DNA of 62,106 nucleotides, counting the filler, from Choristocarpus tenellus KU-1152 (Eukaryota; Protista; Phaeophyceae): NCBI GenBank assembly GCA_964200185.2. It is 14 parts of 14 records of this genome, joined end to end, with 100 filler letters (N's around TTAATTAATTAA, not from the genome) between each part and the next. Parts side by side here need not be neighbours in the genome. Positions count along the whole stretch, not along the records: positions 44,563 to 52,530 come from CAXNAD020005326.1; positions 52,631 to 55,377 come from CAXNAD020025093.1; positions 55,478 to 59,335 come from CAXNAD020017532.1; positions 59,436 to 62,106 come from CAXNAD020025773.1; 10 more parts are not named here. One strand, 5' to 3'. Below, one piece after another: positions 50,908-62,106 of this stretch (position 1 is its first letter; every line of letters begins with the position of its first letter). A program made the translations under genes and the position numbers. Below the pieces are notes generated by a model. The model made no database searches, was not told the origin of the DNA, and saw nothing but the letters and a program-made list of their open reading frames with translations.

Positions 50908-51675
50908 ACGTTGTACATGTCCAAGGTTTAGCTATAGTTCAGTAGTATGTGGATATAGATAGTACTATTTCAAATCTTCTGGTGCTTCTTCATTTGAATC
51001 ATGAAGAATGTATACATTTGTTTGTAAGAATGTTATGAGGCATGCATGCTTAGAATTTTGTTACATTTGTATTTTTTATTTCACATTCAACGCTTGACGA
51101 CTGAGAGTCAAAACATATCTTAAAGTCACAAATCACCTCAGCCATGGGAACACCAACACACAAAGATGATGTACAAAAGTTGATCGAAACATATGAGGGA
51201 GCTGATCTGGCTGTGGTATGGAGGAAGGTAACGTTACACAGGACAGGCAGGGGCAAGTAACTAGTATAAGTGGAGTGTATAACCCTGCTTTGGGAATAGA
51301 CGCACAGGTTTTGATTTCTCAGAATGGAGAAGAATGGACGGAGAACGGAACAGGCTCACCTGTATGTGGGTGTGATTGAGGATGGGGATGACGGCCCATG
51401 AAGTAGGAACGAGAGAGGGATGAATATAAGCACAACACACCACTCTTCTCTGGGAATAGGCGGACAGGTTGTGCCTCTGCAGGATGGCAAGGCGGGACGG
51501 AAAATATAATGGGCACACAGGGGGATGGGGCAGGAGAGGTGGTAGACGATTACGACGATGGTCACAGGGAGAGGGGGCCGCCCCTCCATGACAATGAAGA
51601 GGAGACAGGAGAGACGATGATAAGAGGTATTACTGGGATTCGACCGCCAGCCTCCTCCACTGGTGATCCCAACCT

Positions 51676-52530
51676 GTGACCACATCAACAACCACGTCAA
51701 CTAACACTGGAACACTGTGCGATCTGTTTGCCCAGATACAACAGCCAGTACTCCCTTTCTCCTGCACAAACTCACTTGATCTGGACTGTGCCTCAGCTCT
51801 ATACCTCCACGCCCAGCCCCTGCATCCCATCCTGTGCCCCACCTACCACACCCCTGCCAGCCCAGAACACTACTACGCTGCCATGGAGAGGAGTGTGGGA
51901 ACTGAAGCCGTGCTGGGATCCATCTGCTCACAATCGTTCTCCACCCCTTTTGCCATCCCACCATCCCGCCTCCTCTCCATCCCACGCCCCCACCCCCCAG
52001 CCCCTCCCCCTTCTTCCCCCCCCTGTCCAAGCTGTCTAGAGGCGGTCCCTCCAGATCACTAAGGCACCCTCCCTTGTGGGTGCTCGTTCCACCTCAACTG
52101 CATGATTAGCCTTTGCGAAGACACCAACCACCCTCTCACATGCCCCTACTGTAGAACACACCTACCTATTCCCACGCTCTTCAATCGCACTTACACCACC
52201 CTAACCAGGCAAAGACACCCACCTGGTGGGCTCATAACCCGTCTGAATAACGCCACTGCAGCCCAAATCCACCCCTTCTCACCACACAACATCCTGGCCC
52301 AAAACTCACACCCCACCCACCTCACTCCACAGGTCGGAGCACCCCCTACCTCCACATCCCAACCCACCTCACCCCCTCCTCCACTCCAACCCATCTCACA
52401 CACCCTCCCACCCCACCTCCTACCTCGCTCCAATCATAGCCACCACCACCACCACCCCCACCACCCCCCCCACCACCCCCCCCCCCCCCCCAGGAAAACT
52501 CAGCCACCCACCCCCACACCCACCTCTGCC
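51676..52530 (+). pseudogene. Intronless RING-finger pseudogene or TE-borne ORF with Pro-rich linkers
   Basis: CPSC-x13-CGCSFHLNC-x13-CPYC at 52024-52152 with an in-frame TAA at 52060; a more decayed RING-like unit upstream (LCDLF..SCTNSLDLDC..CPTY). Confidence 0.65.
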
Positions 52531-53569
52531 NNNNNNNNNNNNNNNNNNNNNNNNNNNNNNNNNNNNNNNNNNNNTTAATTAATTAANNNNNNNNNNNNNN
52601 NNNNNNNNNNNNNNNNNNNNNNNNNNNNNNTGTAACTAAAGGCTCTTCCAAAAAAGAAAAGTCAACATCTAAAAATTGCTAAAATTCAACCCAAATACCC
52701 CCCCCCCCCCTCCCCATTTACTCCAACCACACCGCCTCAACTCTCCATATAAGACCCGACATAGTGGTCTCACTTCCAAAGCCAAAAATGTCATCAATTA
52801 GTGCAAACACAGATGGACAACAAAATTCCACAATAAAGACAAAAGATGTAGAAGATTACCACAAAAACAATAACAGCAGAAAAAAAAACCTGTAAACCAA
52901 CTCACCAAAGTCAATTATGTGAATGATGTTTTGCCTTTTCCCCAAGCCAATAAGGAAATTGTCGGGCTTGACGTCCCTGTGAATGAAGCTCTTAGTATGC
53001 ACATACTCTAGACGACTGAGGAGCTTCTCAAGCAAAGCAGGGTTCAGGCCAAGGGTTGGGATGGGAAGAAAGGGGAAAAGGGAGAGTTAGGGGGGGGGGG
53101 GGAGGTCAGCAGGAGGGCCTTGGGCTAGGGATTGGGGGCAGGGGGNNNNNNNNNGGGGGGGGGGGGGGAAAGAAGGGGGAAAGGGGGGGGGGGGGGGGGG
53201 GGGGGGGAGGTCAACAGGAGGTCTCTAGGGTAATGATTGTCAGCAGGAGGTGGTTCAACTGTTCTGTACCTTGTTTCAGAGATCCAGAGCAGAAGGTTCG
53301 ACCAATGAAATCTTACCAGCAACAAAGGGAATGCACAAGGATTAAAATCTCTTTTGGCATTTTCTAACACAAAGAAAAAATAGAAAAAACCACATAGACA
53401 CCTGACTGACTGAAAAGATTTAAGGATAATAAAAAAAACTACCAGATCACCATTCCAGTTTATTCCTGATGTCACATGCTAGAAAAACTGCAATGGCTAC
53501 ATAAAATTTTCTTGTGTAAAGGCAAATTCAAGCGTCAACCATTCGAGTTCCAGACATTTCTGAGCGTTG

Positions 53570-54630
53570 GATCAAGTGGCTCCAATGAACATGCTCACAG
53601 TCAACTGTTGCAGTGAACATGAACAAGCATCCGTGTGAGAAGACTTTTTTTTCTCATCACCTCGGACATCCCTCAAAACAACTACAGTTCGTCATTCTTC
53701 AAGGGACTCAAAAGGAACTCAGATCGGGGTGTCTGTTTTGATCTCTTTACTTTTCTTTTGATTCTTCAACTTCAATTCTAAAGAAAGTGATCAACACCGA
53801 GAAAAAAGACAACAATAGGGCTAACTTGCTTCTGCAGGCCCAACAAATATCCACAAACATCCGAAATTCACTCCAAAGCTGGCGTTAACTGAGTGTTACA
53901 AGTACATAATGCACCAAAAAAGACAAAGGAGCTCTTGAAAATATCATCAGCACCTCCCTCTCAGATACCTCAACTCAGATCCGTGTGCATAATCCAGTCC
54001 TGAAAACATGGCAAGCATCTTGTTAATAATTGACCTTCCTAAAAGGGTCTCTCCCTGTGAACACTAATTCCTCTCAACTTCAACAACTTCCATATTTTAG
54101 GGCAAACAACTTCATCCAATCATGTCAAAAATGCAACACAATCCAACTCTCCAAGTAGTTAGTATATGCGTGCCTTTGTAGCTCCGTAGTAGCCCACTGC
54201 ACTGGTTTCTGTCAAAGAATTTGTACAGGCTCAAACCTGGAGAAACTAAGATTCTTGACTCCGAGAAATTTAAGTTTGATGGATGATGTCACTACCACAA
54301 CAGAATTCTACACCTGAGTCTTCTGGTCTGAGATAAAACCACAAAAAACTTGGAAAACCTGAATCTTGATGGTAAGGCTCCAATGCAGCCAGGAAGATAC
54401 TGTACAAAATTCAATTAAGATTCGAGGGAGGTGACCCAACGAGCCCGTGGGATGACTAAAATCTACACTTGAGAAACTTCAAGGCATGTATGGGGCAGTA
54501 TAAGCAACTGTTGCGCAACAGATAAAGTGTAGTTAATAACAAGACCTGCAATGTGTAGTGCCTCTGACCATAGGTTGGGCCTAGGCAGAGTCGATTCAGA
54601 TTCGCAGTACCACATGAAACTGCAGACAAA
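53570..54630 (-). pseudogene. Probable highly decayed hAT-type transposase in the intron downstream of the CK1 exon
   Basis: Remnants in hAT order across frameshifts: SCGTANLNRL (CxxH-LNL-like), LVIPRARWVTS (PxxTRW-like), WSEF, MLVHVHCN (C-terminal dimerisation-like). Confidence 0.35.
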
Positions 54631-54746
54631 GATAGTACTGTGTAACACAATATACAACAAGACCTAACACGCCTCAGGAGAAGTACAAACACGTTCTGTT
54701 GGGTGTTCACGGTTGTTCAATTACAAACAAAGACACCGTTGCTAAC

Positions 54747-54892
54747 CTGATCAGCAAGCATGAGTACAGTCTTGAGATTGAATCGACGGCTGCAGTAGTT
54801 AAACAAGTCCTCCAAGCTAGGACCCAGAAGATCCAGCACCATGACATTGTAGTCTCCTTCAACTCCGTACCAGCGAACAGTAGGAATACCCA
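54747..54892 (-). CDS. CK1: Casein kinase 1 (delta/epsilon-type), internal exon
   Basis: [48 protein letters not shown] is the CK1 signature region; TAG acceptor and GTTAGC donor. Confidence 0.97.
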
Positions 54893-55312
54893 CTACTAGA
54901 AATATATACACACAAACACAAGAGCAAATCACATCAAAAATAGTTTATAAATCCAGTTTGTGTGCATGATAATCAGGCGTTTGGTTACATCTCACGTTTT
55001 AGAGGGGTTGGGTTGGGTTAGCGAGGCGCTTGCATAACATCAATCAAAATGCCAGCTTGGTCAAAACTTTTAATCCCTAAACTTAATGAAGAGAAGTCCA
55101 ATATCATACACATATATGTATTTATTCAAGGGAATATAGGGCTGTAGATCAGCAATACCTAAGCCTTTCAAGACATGTACATGTTGACTTGAAGCAATAC
55201 AGACAAATAGGGAAGCAACTCTTACCCCTATTCCATTCTATGTGTATATGATGCTTTCGCATCTTCGTAGTGAAGTGGTAGTCTAAGAGCTTCTGTCAAA
55301 GAAGTTCAGGTT

Positions 55313-55377
55313 CAAAGTATCTGGGAGGGGGTGGCGGCTGTCCATTTGGGGTCAATTTTTTCATCTCTATTTTTGGG
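55313..55377. mobile_element. MITE family B end, cut by contig end
   Basis: CAAAGTATCTGGGAGGGGGTGGCGGCTGTCCATTTGGGGTCAATT is nearly the reverse complement of 43432-43477. Confidence 0.85.
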
Positions 55378-55517
55378 NNNNNNNNNNNNNNNNNNNNNNN
55401 NNNNNNNNNNNNNNNNNNNNNTTAATTAATTAANNNNNNNNNNNNNNNNNNNNNNNNNNNNNNNNNNNNNNNNNNNNTCGAAGGGGAGGGCGAGCACCGG
55501 GGATCGCTGCGTGCGGG

Positions 55518-55663
55518 TTGTCCATTTGGGGTCAATTTTTTCATGTCACAATTTTTGGGTGATTTGGTTGCATACATTGAATGGATACTGTAAGTGCACT
55601 TTTCCTGGTTTTGATCCAAATTGACACCCTTCTATAGACAGCTCCCCCCCCCCAGATACTTTG
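55518..55663. mobile_element. MITE family B, near-complete copy
   Basis: Reverse-complement homology to 43307-43477; ends CCCAGATACTTTG. Confidence 0.85.
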
Positions 55664-57247
55664 GGTCTCAGGTCTTGGGGAATGGAGTAGGTGTGGTCCA
55701 ACAGATACCTGTCTGTGAATGAAGAGTCCAGGATGTGGAAAGCAGACATGCGTGTGCTTGCCCTTGGGTGGAGGATACTAAGTCTGTGACACACGCTTTC
55801 AGTTGGAGAGATAGACTTGCTTTGTACGATGTAGGATTGTAACTCTTTCACCTTCAAGCAGTACTCTTGCACAGATGTGGTAGTTACCACGGAACTCTCC
55901 AATGTATTTCCTGCAACTTAATGGGACAAGGGCCTCCTGATCTTGGATGTGACCTTTGTCGAGGTCCAGGATGTCTGTCACTTGCAAGCCATTTTCAACA
56001 AAAGCAGTGCCACTACTGCAGTAAAAAAAAGAAACTGCTACGAGGGATCTTTTTATCCTCTTCTTTTGTGGTACTATGAACCATTTGAAGCGAAACCTTT
56101 TGTGCATCTTGGAACACAGCAACCAGAACAATAACTCCTGAGAGGTGGTGACTCGCTCAGTGGGCAGGAGGGGGTTAAGGGGACTGTGAGAATGCTTCAG
56201 TGGGTGCACCAAGGGTGATGTAAAGGCGTTCAATGTTTGAGATAGGATAGTAATAGTGGGTCCAGCAGGGTCTCACAGACTTCTGCTACTCCTCTACCGG
56301 AGTAGTAGTCATACATCATATCTAAGCCACTACAGTGTCTACTGTTGTTGTGCTAGAGATTTAGTCTGGAATGACAGCTACACAATCTTCTTACAACAGA
56401 AAATAAGGTTTCTTGTTGTATGTGAAGGTCTTCCAATCGTCAGCAATACAACAATAAACCGCACATTTAGCACTACTTCCCACTGACAACAGAGAGGGAT
56501 TGCAACATCCCATAGTGCGTAATACATAATATATAAAGTTGGTCAATAGAGCTCACATCCAAGGGATTAGATGCACTACAGAGGAAGGCCGCCTATTGTA
56601 GGGTAACAAAAAAGGCCTTCCTCAAATGGAGGTAGAACACAGGGAAACACATACAGATACAGTGTGCATGCTTTTTGTGATGGAACAGTGAAACTTTTCC
56701 TTCCTTCACATGTTTTGAAGGGGAAGATTCACAGAATATCTTCACGGCGGACTAGGCCCTGCTCGAGACCCCAGACAGGCGTCGCTTCATGACTGGGTAA
56801 AACCAATAGCAACCGTTGAGGCATCCCCCTCTGGTGACATAGTTCAAAGGTTTTATATTTGGATAGCCTATCTTGTGCATCTTCCTCTGTTTGACATCCC
56901 AAGGAAGATATTGATATAGTGCCATTGATGGGCTCTCGTTGCAAACTAATGGAAAAATGGTACTCCTTAATGAGTGAGTTGACCCTGATGAGCATGGAAG
57001 TTTGAGGTTTTCCTCATGGTGTGAGTCTGGCTCCGTTGTAAAACTCCATGGTCGTATGGAATGAAGTAAAACTAAATCATAAGTAGAACCATTTTGACAA
57101 CAACAGGACACCACTGCTACAGAGTTTGTGATAATTGCTTCAAACCACAGGCAGTAGAGATAGCCACTCTCAAACACCAGTATATTATGCACTATTATAC
57201 TTTAAGTGTGCACTAACTATTTTGGTTAGATGTAGTGGAGTACTTGG

Positions 57248-58541
57248 TTACTTCACCAGTGCATATTCCCCATTCACCAGATCCAACTTGCTTTCATTGC
57301 ACAAGCGGTTCAGCAGTTGAGACAGCTCTGCCAAGGACTTATCGTACTTGAGGTCCCCTCCAGACATGAACATCTTAAGGGTGTTGTGGATGCGATTTAG
57401 AGGCAGCTTGCCCAGGTTGGTCAGCATACCTGGCCATACGATGGCAGCAATTTGGAAGACGACTTGAGTGCTAGGGGGTGAATAGTATGATAAACGGAAT
57501 TTTGTCTCACTCAAAAGATGTGATTTTTTTATATCACATATCATATTTAATAGTAGATCTCAAACAGAGCAACACACTACCTGTCCTGCCTGGCCCGATT
57601 GGAAGTGGGTGCAGCTGTATCAACACAAAGCTTCGCGTACACTACATGTAGGTCCTTAGGCCATGACCAGTCAATCATCCACTACTAACATTGTTATGAT
57701 ATACTCTATAGCTATCAATCAAGGAAGAGATCAACAGCAGTCATCTGTATCGCTTTCTAGAATCTTTAATAGAGTCTCCATCACATCAGAAAGTAAGAAA
57801 TGCTGCAATATTTCAAAGCCCTGGGGGAGGGGGACGGAAAATAGTAGTATCACTGTTACATAGACACAATACCACATGGTCACCAAAACAATACAATATT
57901 ACGCTTCCAAAGTGGGTCTCTCCCCCCTGGCCCCAAACCATTTCATATGTACCAAGTTGCAAACAGCGCATGCACTCCTCACCTCTGAGGTACTGCTCAA
58001 TCACTGTATCCACCTCAGCATCATGTGCATCGGAGGACACTGCTGTCTCAGTGTTGTCCTCCATCACCATGTTCTCCATGCCATCCACTGACTGAACCCG
58101 ATCCTGTGTACAAACAAATCGAGTGTTGGGGAATGGCAGAAGTGGAACCATGAATTGAGAAGATACATTTGCAATTATTGACTTTATAGGAGGGAGCTAG
58201 CTCATAACACAACTCAAGAACTGAGAAAAGCTGCTTGGAATATGGTGTGTCAGACATGTCTGTGTATTGTCAAGCACTTCAATCTTGGTACATATCCCAT
58301 CCCAAGGTCGTTTCTAAGTGCTCTACTACTTCACCGATTATAGAGATATAGATAACTATGCAGAGCAGAGGGAGATGACAAGTACCAGGATGAGTCTCAC
58401 TTGGTCTTGTTGGAGCAAATAACGCTTGCCTTGGGTGCCAGTGTCCTCCACTACCACGCCTTGGTTCACCCAGAGCATCATCTTCTTCTGGACAACTGAG
58501 GCAGGAAGACCGACAACCTCTGCCAGGTCAGAGAACTTCCA
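57248..58541 (-). CDS. ANAPC2: Anaphase-promoting complex subunit 2 (APC2), last three exons
   Basis: Exons 58541-58401, 58103-57983 and 57429-57248 (stop) are phase-consistent. Motifs WKFSDLAEVVGLPASVVQKKMMLWVNQGVV and YLRGMLTNLGKLPLNRIHNTLKMF...GEY match the APC2 C-terminal winged-helix region. Confidence 0.93.
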
Positions 58542-59813
58542 CTGCCAGAGGGGACAACGAAGGAGAAGAAGGACCTCAATATCGTAAGTTGGTGTGTGCT
58601 AAAAGAGTTTTGGTATTTTCAGGGGGGAGGGGTATGCTTGAGAATTGTGCGTTTGTCAGTGGGTTGAGATATTCTGATGATAAAACTTGGATGTGCTTTT
58701 ATGCATTTTAAGACCTGCTGCAACAACCTGGAGTATGCACAAAGTTTATAGGGGTGAAGGACACCGCACATCATTCATAGGGCAATGTACTCTTGCAACA
58801 AAAAAAAACTTAACCTCATCAGTCCAAGCACACCTACTGCAATGACCCGAAACAAAAACCCACAAGAAGGATTCAGCACAGAAGAAAGGCACGTGGTGCC
58901 TTCCCCTTCGAAGAAGTTGCCTTCCTCTATGGTTCACCCTTACAATGGTGTATGTTGGAATGTGGTTCCTTGTTTCATGGAGATGCTGAAAAGAAAATTG
59001 CATTCAAAATACAAGAAAAAAATCAACAATCACAGAGTCCAGACCCCTCCTTACCTACCCACACACTCCCAAAGCAACTTCACCACACACAACAGCTCAC
59101 TATGGTGTGTACTCATGACTAAATGAAAAGAGTTCCTTGAATTTTTTTTTGAAAAAATAAACATTTGAGTTAGCCTTTCTAACGGGAGATGACTTATGCC
59201 ATAGATATACCGACGCCATTTTATGCAAGCAACAAGTTTTAGACAAGAAAGTACTTCCCACTCCCCCCCTGACCCCCCCCCCCCCCCCCACAACCCCCAC
59301 CCCGCCACTCCCACACCACACGTGCGGGGTGATCGNNNNNNNNNNNNNNNNNNNNNNNNNNNNNNNNNNNNNNNNNNNNTTAATTAATTAANNNNNNNNN
59401 NNNNNNNNNNNNNNNNNNNNNNNNNNNNNNNNNNNTTTTTTTTTTTTTTTTTTTTTGGGCCCCGGTTATTTTTGTTCCTTTTCACACTGGGGTTAATTTT
59501 CCCCCCCCCCCCCCCTCCCCTACGCACACACATGCACTGGAGTGTTTATTTCGTTCCTCATCTCAGCAAAACTGTTGTGTATATAGCCGATTCATTATTT
59601 CAGAGTTTTTACTTCAGTCCATGTAGGTCCGTGAGGCTGTAATGTGTACTATTGATAATTCCATCCGTTTCATTGTTTCACCTCCTGCCCACTGCTAGGC
59701 GTGGTGCTTCAAGGTACTGATCCACTCCCTACTCATGATATTATAATAATAAACAATTGTACACTTCCAAGCAATAATTGCAACCTCGACCCCCCCCTCC
59801 CTTGACCAAACAG

Positions 59814-60420
59814 TGATGAAGTGGTTCACAGTGGTGTGGTCTATGATATCGACACTTCTGCTTGTTCAAACTCTACAAGTGCTGATCACACTCCCTCTAA
59901 AGATTAAGCAATGGCAAGCGCAGGAAGAGGTGATGTGTTGTGTATGTATGTAGTATCACTGACCTAACCCTAACTTCCAGGTAGAATATGGAGAATCTAA
60001 GGTTTATTCTTTAATCCGCAACAACGCTATTAAAAAAAAACTCATTTTTTCTTTTTCCTTTTTGTTTTGTGGGCATGGTAACACGCCAAAACGGTGCCCT
60101 TCTTTTCTTGTTCTATTTTTTTTTTTGTCAAAATGAGGAAAAGGTGATGAAATATGACCCTGAGATTGTTAAGACAAACTTTTCCTAATCGTTGATTTGA
60201 TTACGTCAGATCCACTCTGTCCAGTGGGATGGCCAAGGTTTCAGCAAATACTTCAAGCAGCAGTTTAGGTTTGTTCGGATCAGAATGGTCTCTACTAGAT
60301 TTGAAGCGATAACCAAGCAACTCATACAATGAATGAATCTTTCTCCCCCCCCCCCCCCCCCCCCGCCCCTTCATCTTGGAACAGAATTTTTGATAACTTG
60401 TCTCACTTGCACCTCGTGTT

Positions 60421-60470
<50 letters not shown>

Positions 60471-61217
60471 TTTTGTAATGAACTCTTTGACTACTCTTCA
60501 AAAGAAAAAAATATACTGTATCAAGAGTTTTTATCGTGTGCAAGGATGGAAATATCAAGTCAATAGCCTCCAGAACGGTACGCCTTACCAACTACCGTGA
60601 AAGAAACCAATGGTGGTATGAACTGTTGAGTATATACCGTCATCGTTATATATCTGCATATTGGTGGTATGAACGTTTTCCTATCCCCATCGTCGGGTTG
60701 GTGAGAATCTTTGATTTGTCCTCGAAATTGGTGTACTGCCAATTTGTTAGCTATGTTCCTTCCCTGATTGGATGTAATGGGCCTTATTGTTCCCCGCGCT
60801 TTTTTCTGGACACCTGTGTTACTTGTGTGTGCGTGTGTGGCGCGCTTTTTCCTTTTTTACTGATGTGTCACAAGCAATTGAGATCAGGATATCGTATTTT
60901 CTATCAAAATGCCCAAAAGATATCCGAAAACCTGTACTACAGGTCTACCACACGTGCACCCTTTCCTCATGTTTATGAATATACTGCAGGTTTGGTCCTG
61001 TGTCCCTTCTGTCATTTGTTATTTTTAACATTATATTTATATATATTTATTTTGGGAGGGGGGGGGGGGGGGGGGGGGGGGAGGTGTTTTTTTTGGGGTA
61101 GAAGCCTGCCCCCCCTCCACACAAAAAAAAGGAGGGGGAGAGGACCCGCCTACACCCCCNNNNNNNNNNTTTTTTTTATTTTTTTTTGTAATATTATATA
61201 GTAATATTGGTTGGGGT

Positions 61218-61251
<34 letters not shown>

Positions 61252-61525
61252 CAAGAGTTCTTTTTATGGAAGAGCCTGAATCCCGATCTCACAAACTATA
61301 AGGTATACAGATACAAAAATGTGACCGCAAGAAAAAAAAATGTCTTGTGGAATTTGTTAGTGTGCCTCATTCTTACCCTATGTATACAAATACCACATGT
61401 CGCATGTGCCTTTGATTGTAGGTGCTTGTTCAGTATTCGGAGAGCCTCCAGGGAGACTTCTACTTGAGATTGAAACAGACAATTAGTCACCTTGGAATGG
61501 CTGAGGACAGAGACAGTGTGACCAG
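59814..61525 (+). CDS. Probable two-pore (TPK/KCO-like) K+ channel fragment: last transmembrane helix and C-terminal region
   Basis: Exons 59814-59929 (MKWFTVVWSMISTLLLVQTL..QAQEE) and 61422-61525 (VLVQYSESL..LGMAEDRDSVTR) join in phase. The helix resembles the TPK LFxxxWxxVSTL segment; the GYG pore motif is not in the window. Confidence 0.45.
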
Positions 61526-62106
61526 GTAGGTTTGAAGAAGTAGCTTTGTCTCGGCTCTCGCTGCTCTGGAGTTGGTATGGTGTAGTTCAAAATGACAGGA
61601 GTGTGTGCTTTTTTGTCTCCAATCCCTTGTGATTTGGGGACACCTGTCCCTGATCAGTGCTCCATTACTGGTTAGATTCGCTGTTAAATTGAGGTGATGA
61701 TTGTCGTTTGTTGTATGCGCTGTTCACTCTCTAGACAGTGTTCTAAGGGAGGACATTCAAGTAAGAAGTCTCATTATTTTTTTTGGGGGGGGGGAGGGAG
61801 TTGTGTGCCTTTTTCAGGGCTCATTTTTTTTTTCCAGACAAAAAACATTGAGGATGTGTTCGTTACACATTGGATTGTGATCGGTCGGTCACCCGTAAAC
61901 GAACGATGCAAGTGCTGTAGATTGAAGAGCTAGCGTTAGGGCTCTTATGGGGGGAGGGGGGAGTTTACGGTTTTAAAATTCTTCCTGTGTGAGAGGTTGA
62001 ATCCTATGTAATGTAGTTGACATGTTTGGACTGTTACACGGGTGTATTTTTTTTTTCTTTTTTTTTTTTCTTTTTTTTGTCAGTTTCTCTCTTCACATTT
62101 TTTGGC

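Noticed and set aside
52631-59335. CK1, APC2 and RING finger as a cell-cycle/ubiquitin gene cluster
   Set aside because: They are on three different contigs separated by artificial linkers.
60536-61201. 221-aa ORF
   Set aside because: No recognisable domain, runs through homopolymers and an N gap, and probably lies in an intron.

Overview
Eukaryotic, intron-rich, repeat-rich genomic DNA, not a prokaryotic locus. It is an artificial pseudo-scaffold: 14 contigs of about 2.5-8 kb joined by 13 identical 100-nt linkers (44 N + TTAATTAATTAA + 44 N), so adjacency across linkers has no biological meaning. Spliced host gene fragments reconstructed by hand with GT-AG sites and consistent exon phases: a 10-exon outer-dynein-arm docking-complex DC2/ODA1 (CCDC114/CCDC63)-family gene, an importin-13/transportin-SR-type karyopherin, the 3' end of APC2, one casein kinase 1 exon, a probable two-pore K+ channel fragment and several unknown coiled-coil or low-complexity genes. 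The flagellar gene and exon/intron style suggest a flagellated alga or protist, possibly a brown alga or related stramenopile (inference only). The rest is decayed Ty3/Gypsy retrotransposon pieces (gag, protease, RT, integrase), a probable decayed hAT transposase, at least three MITE families and several tandem arrays. Most notable structures: a ~450-nt fold-back made from an integrase fragment, a ~63-bp degenerate array directly after an orphan ORF, an 86-nt pre-miRNA-like hairpin, a 22-bp palindromic array with higher-order periodicity, and MITEs sharing a CAAAGTATCT end with no visible target-site duplication. I cannot demonstrate a complete new biological system from sequence alone. All family assignments are by motif recognition, with no database searches.
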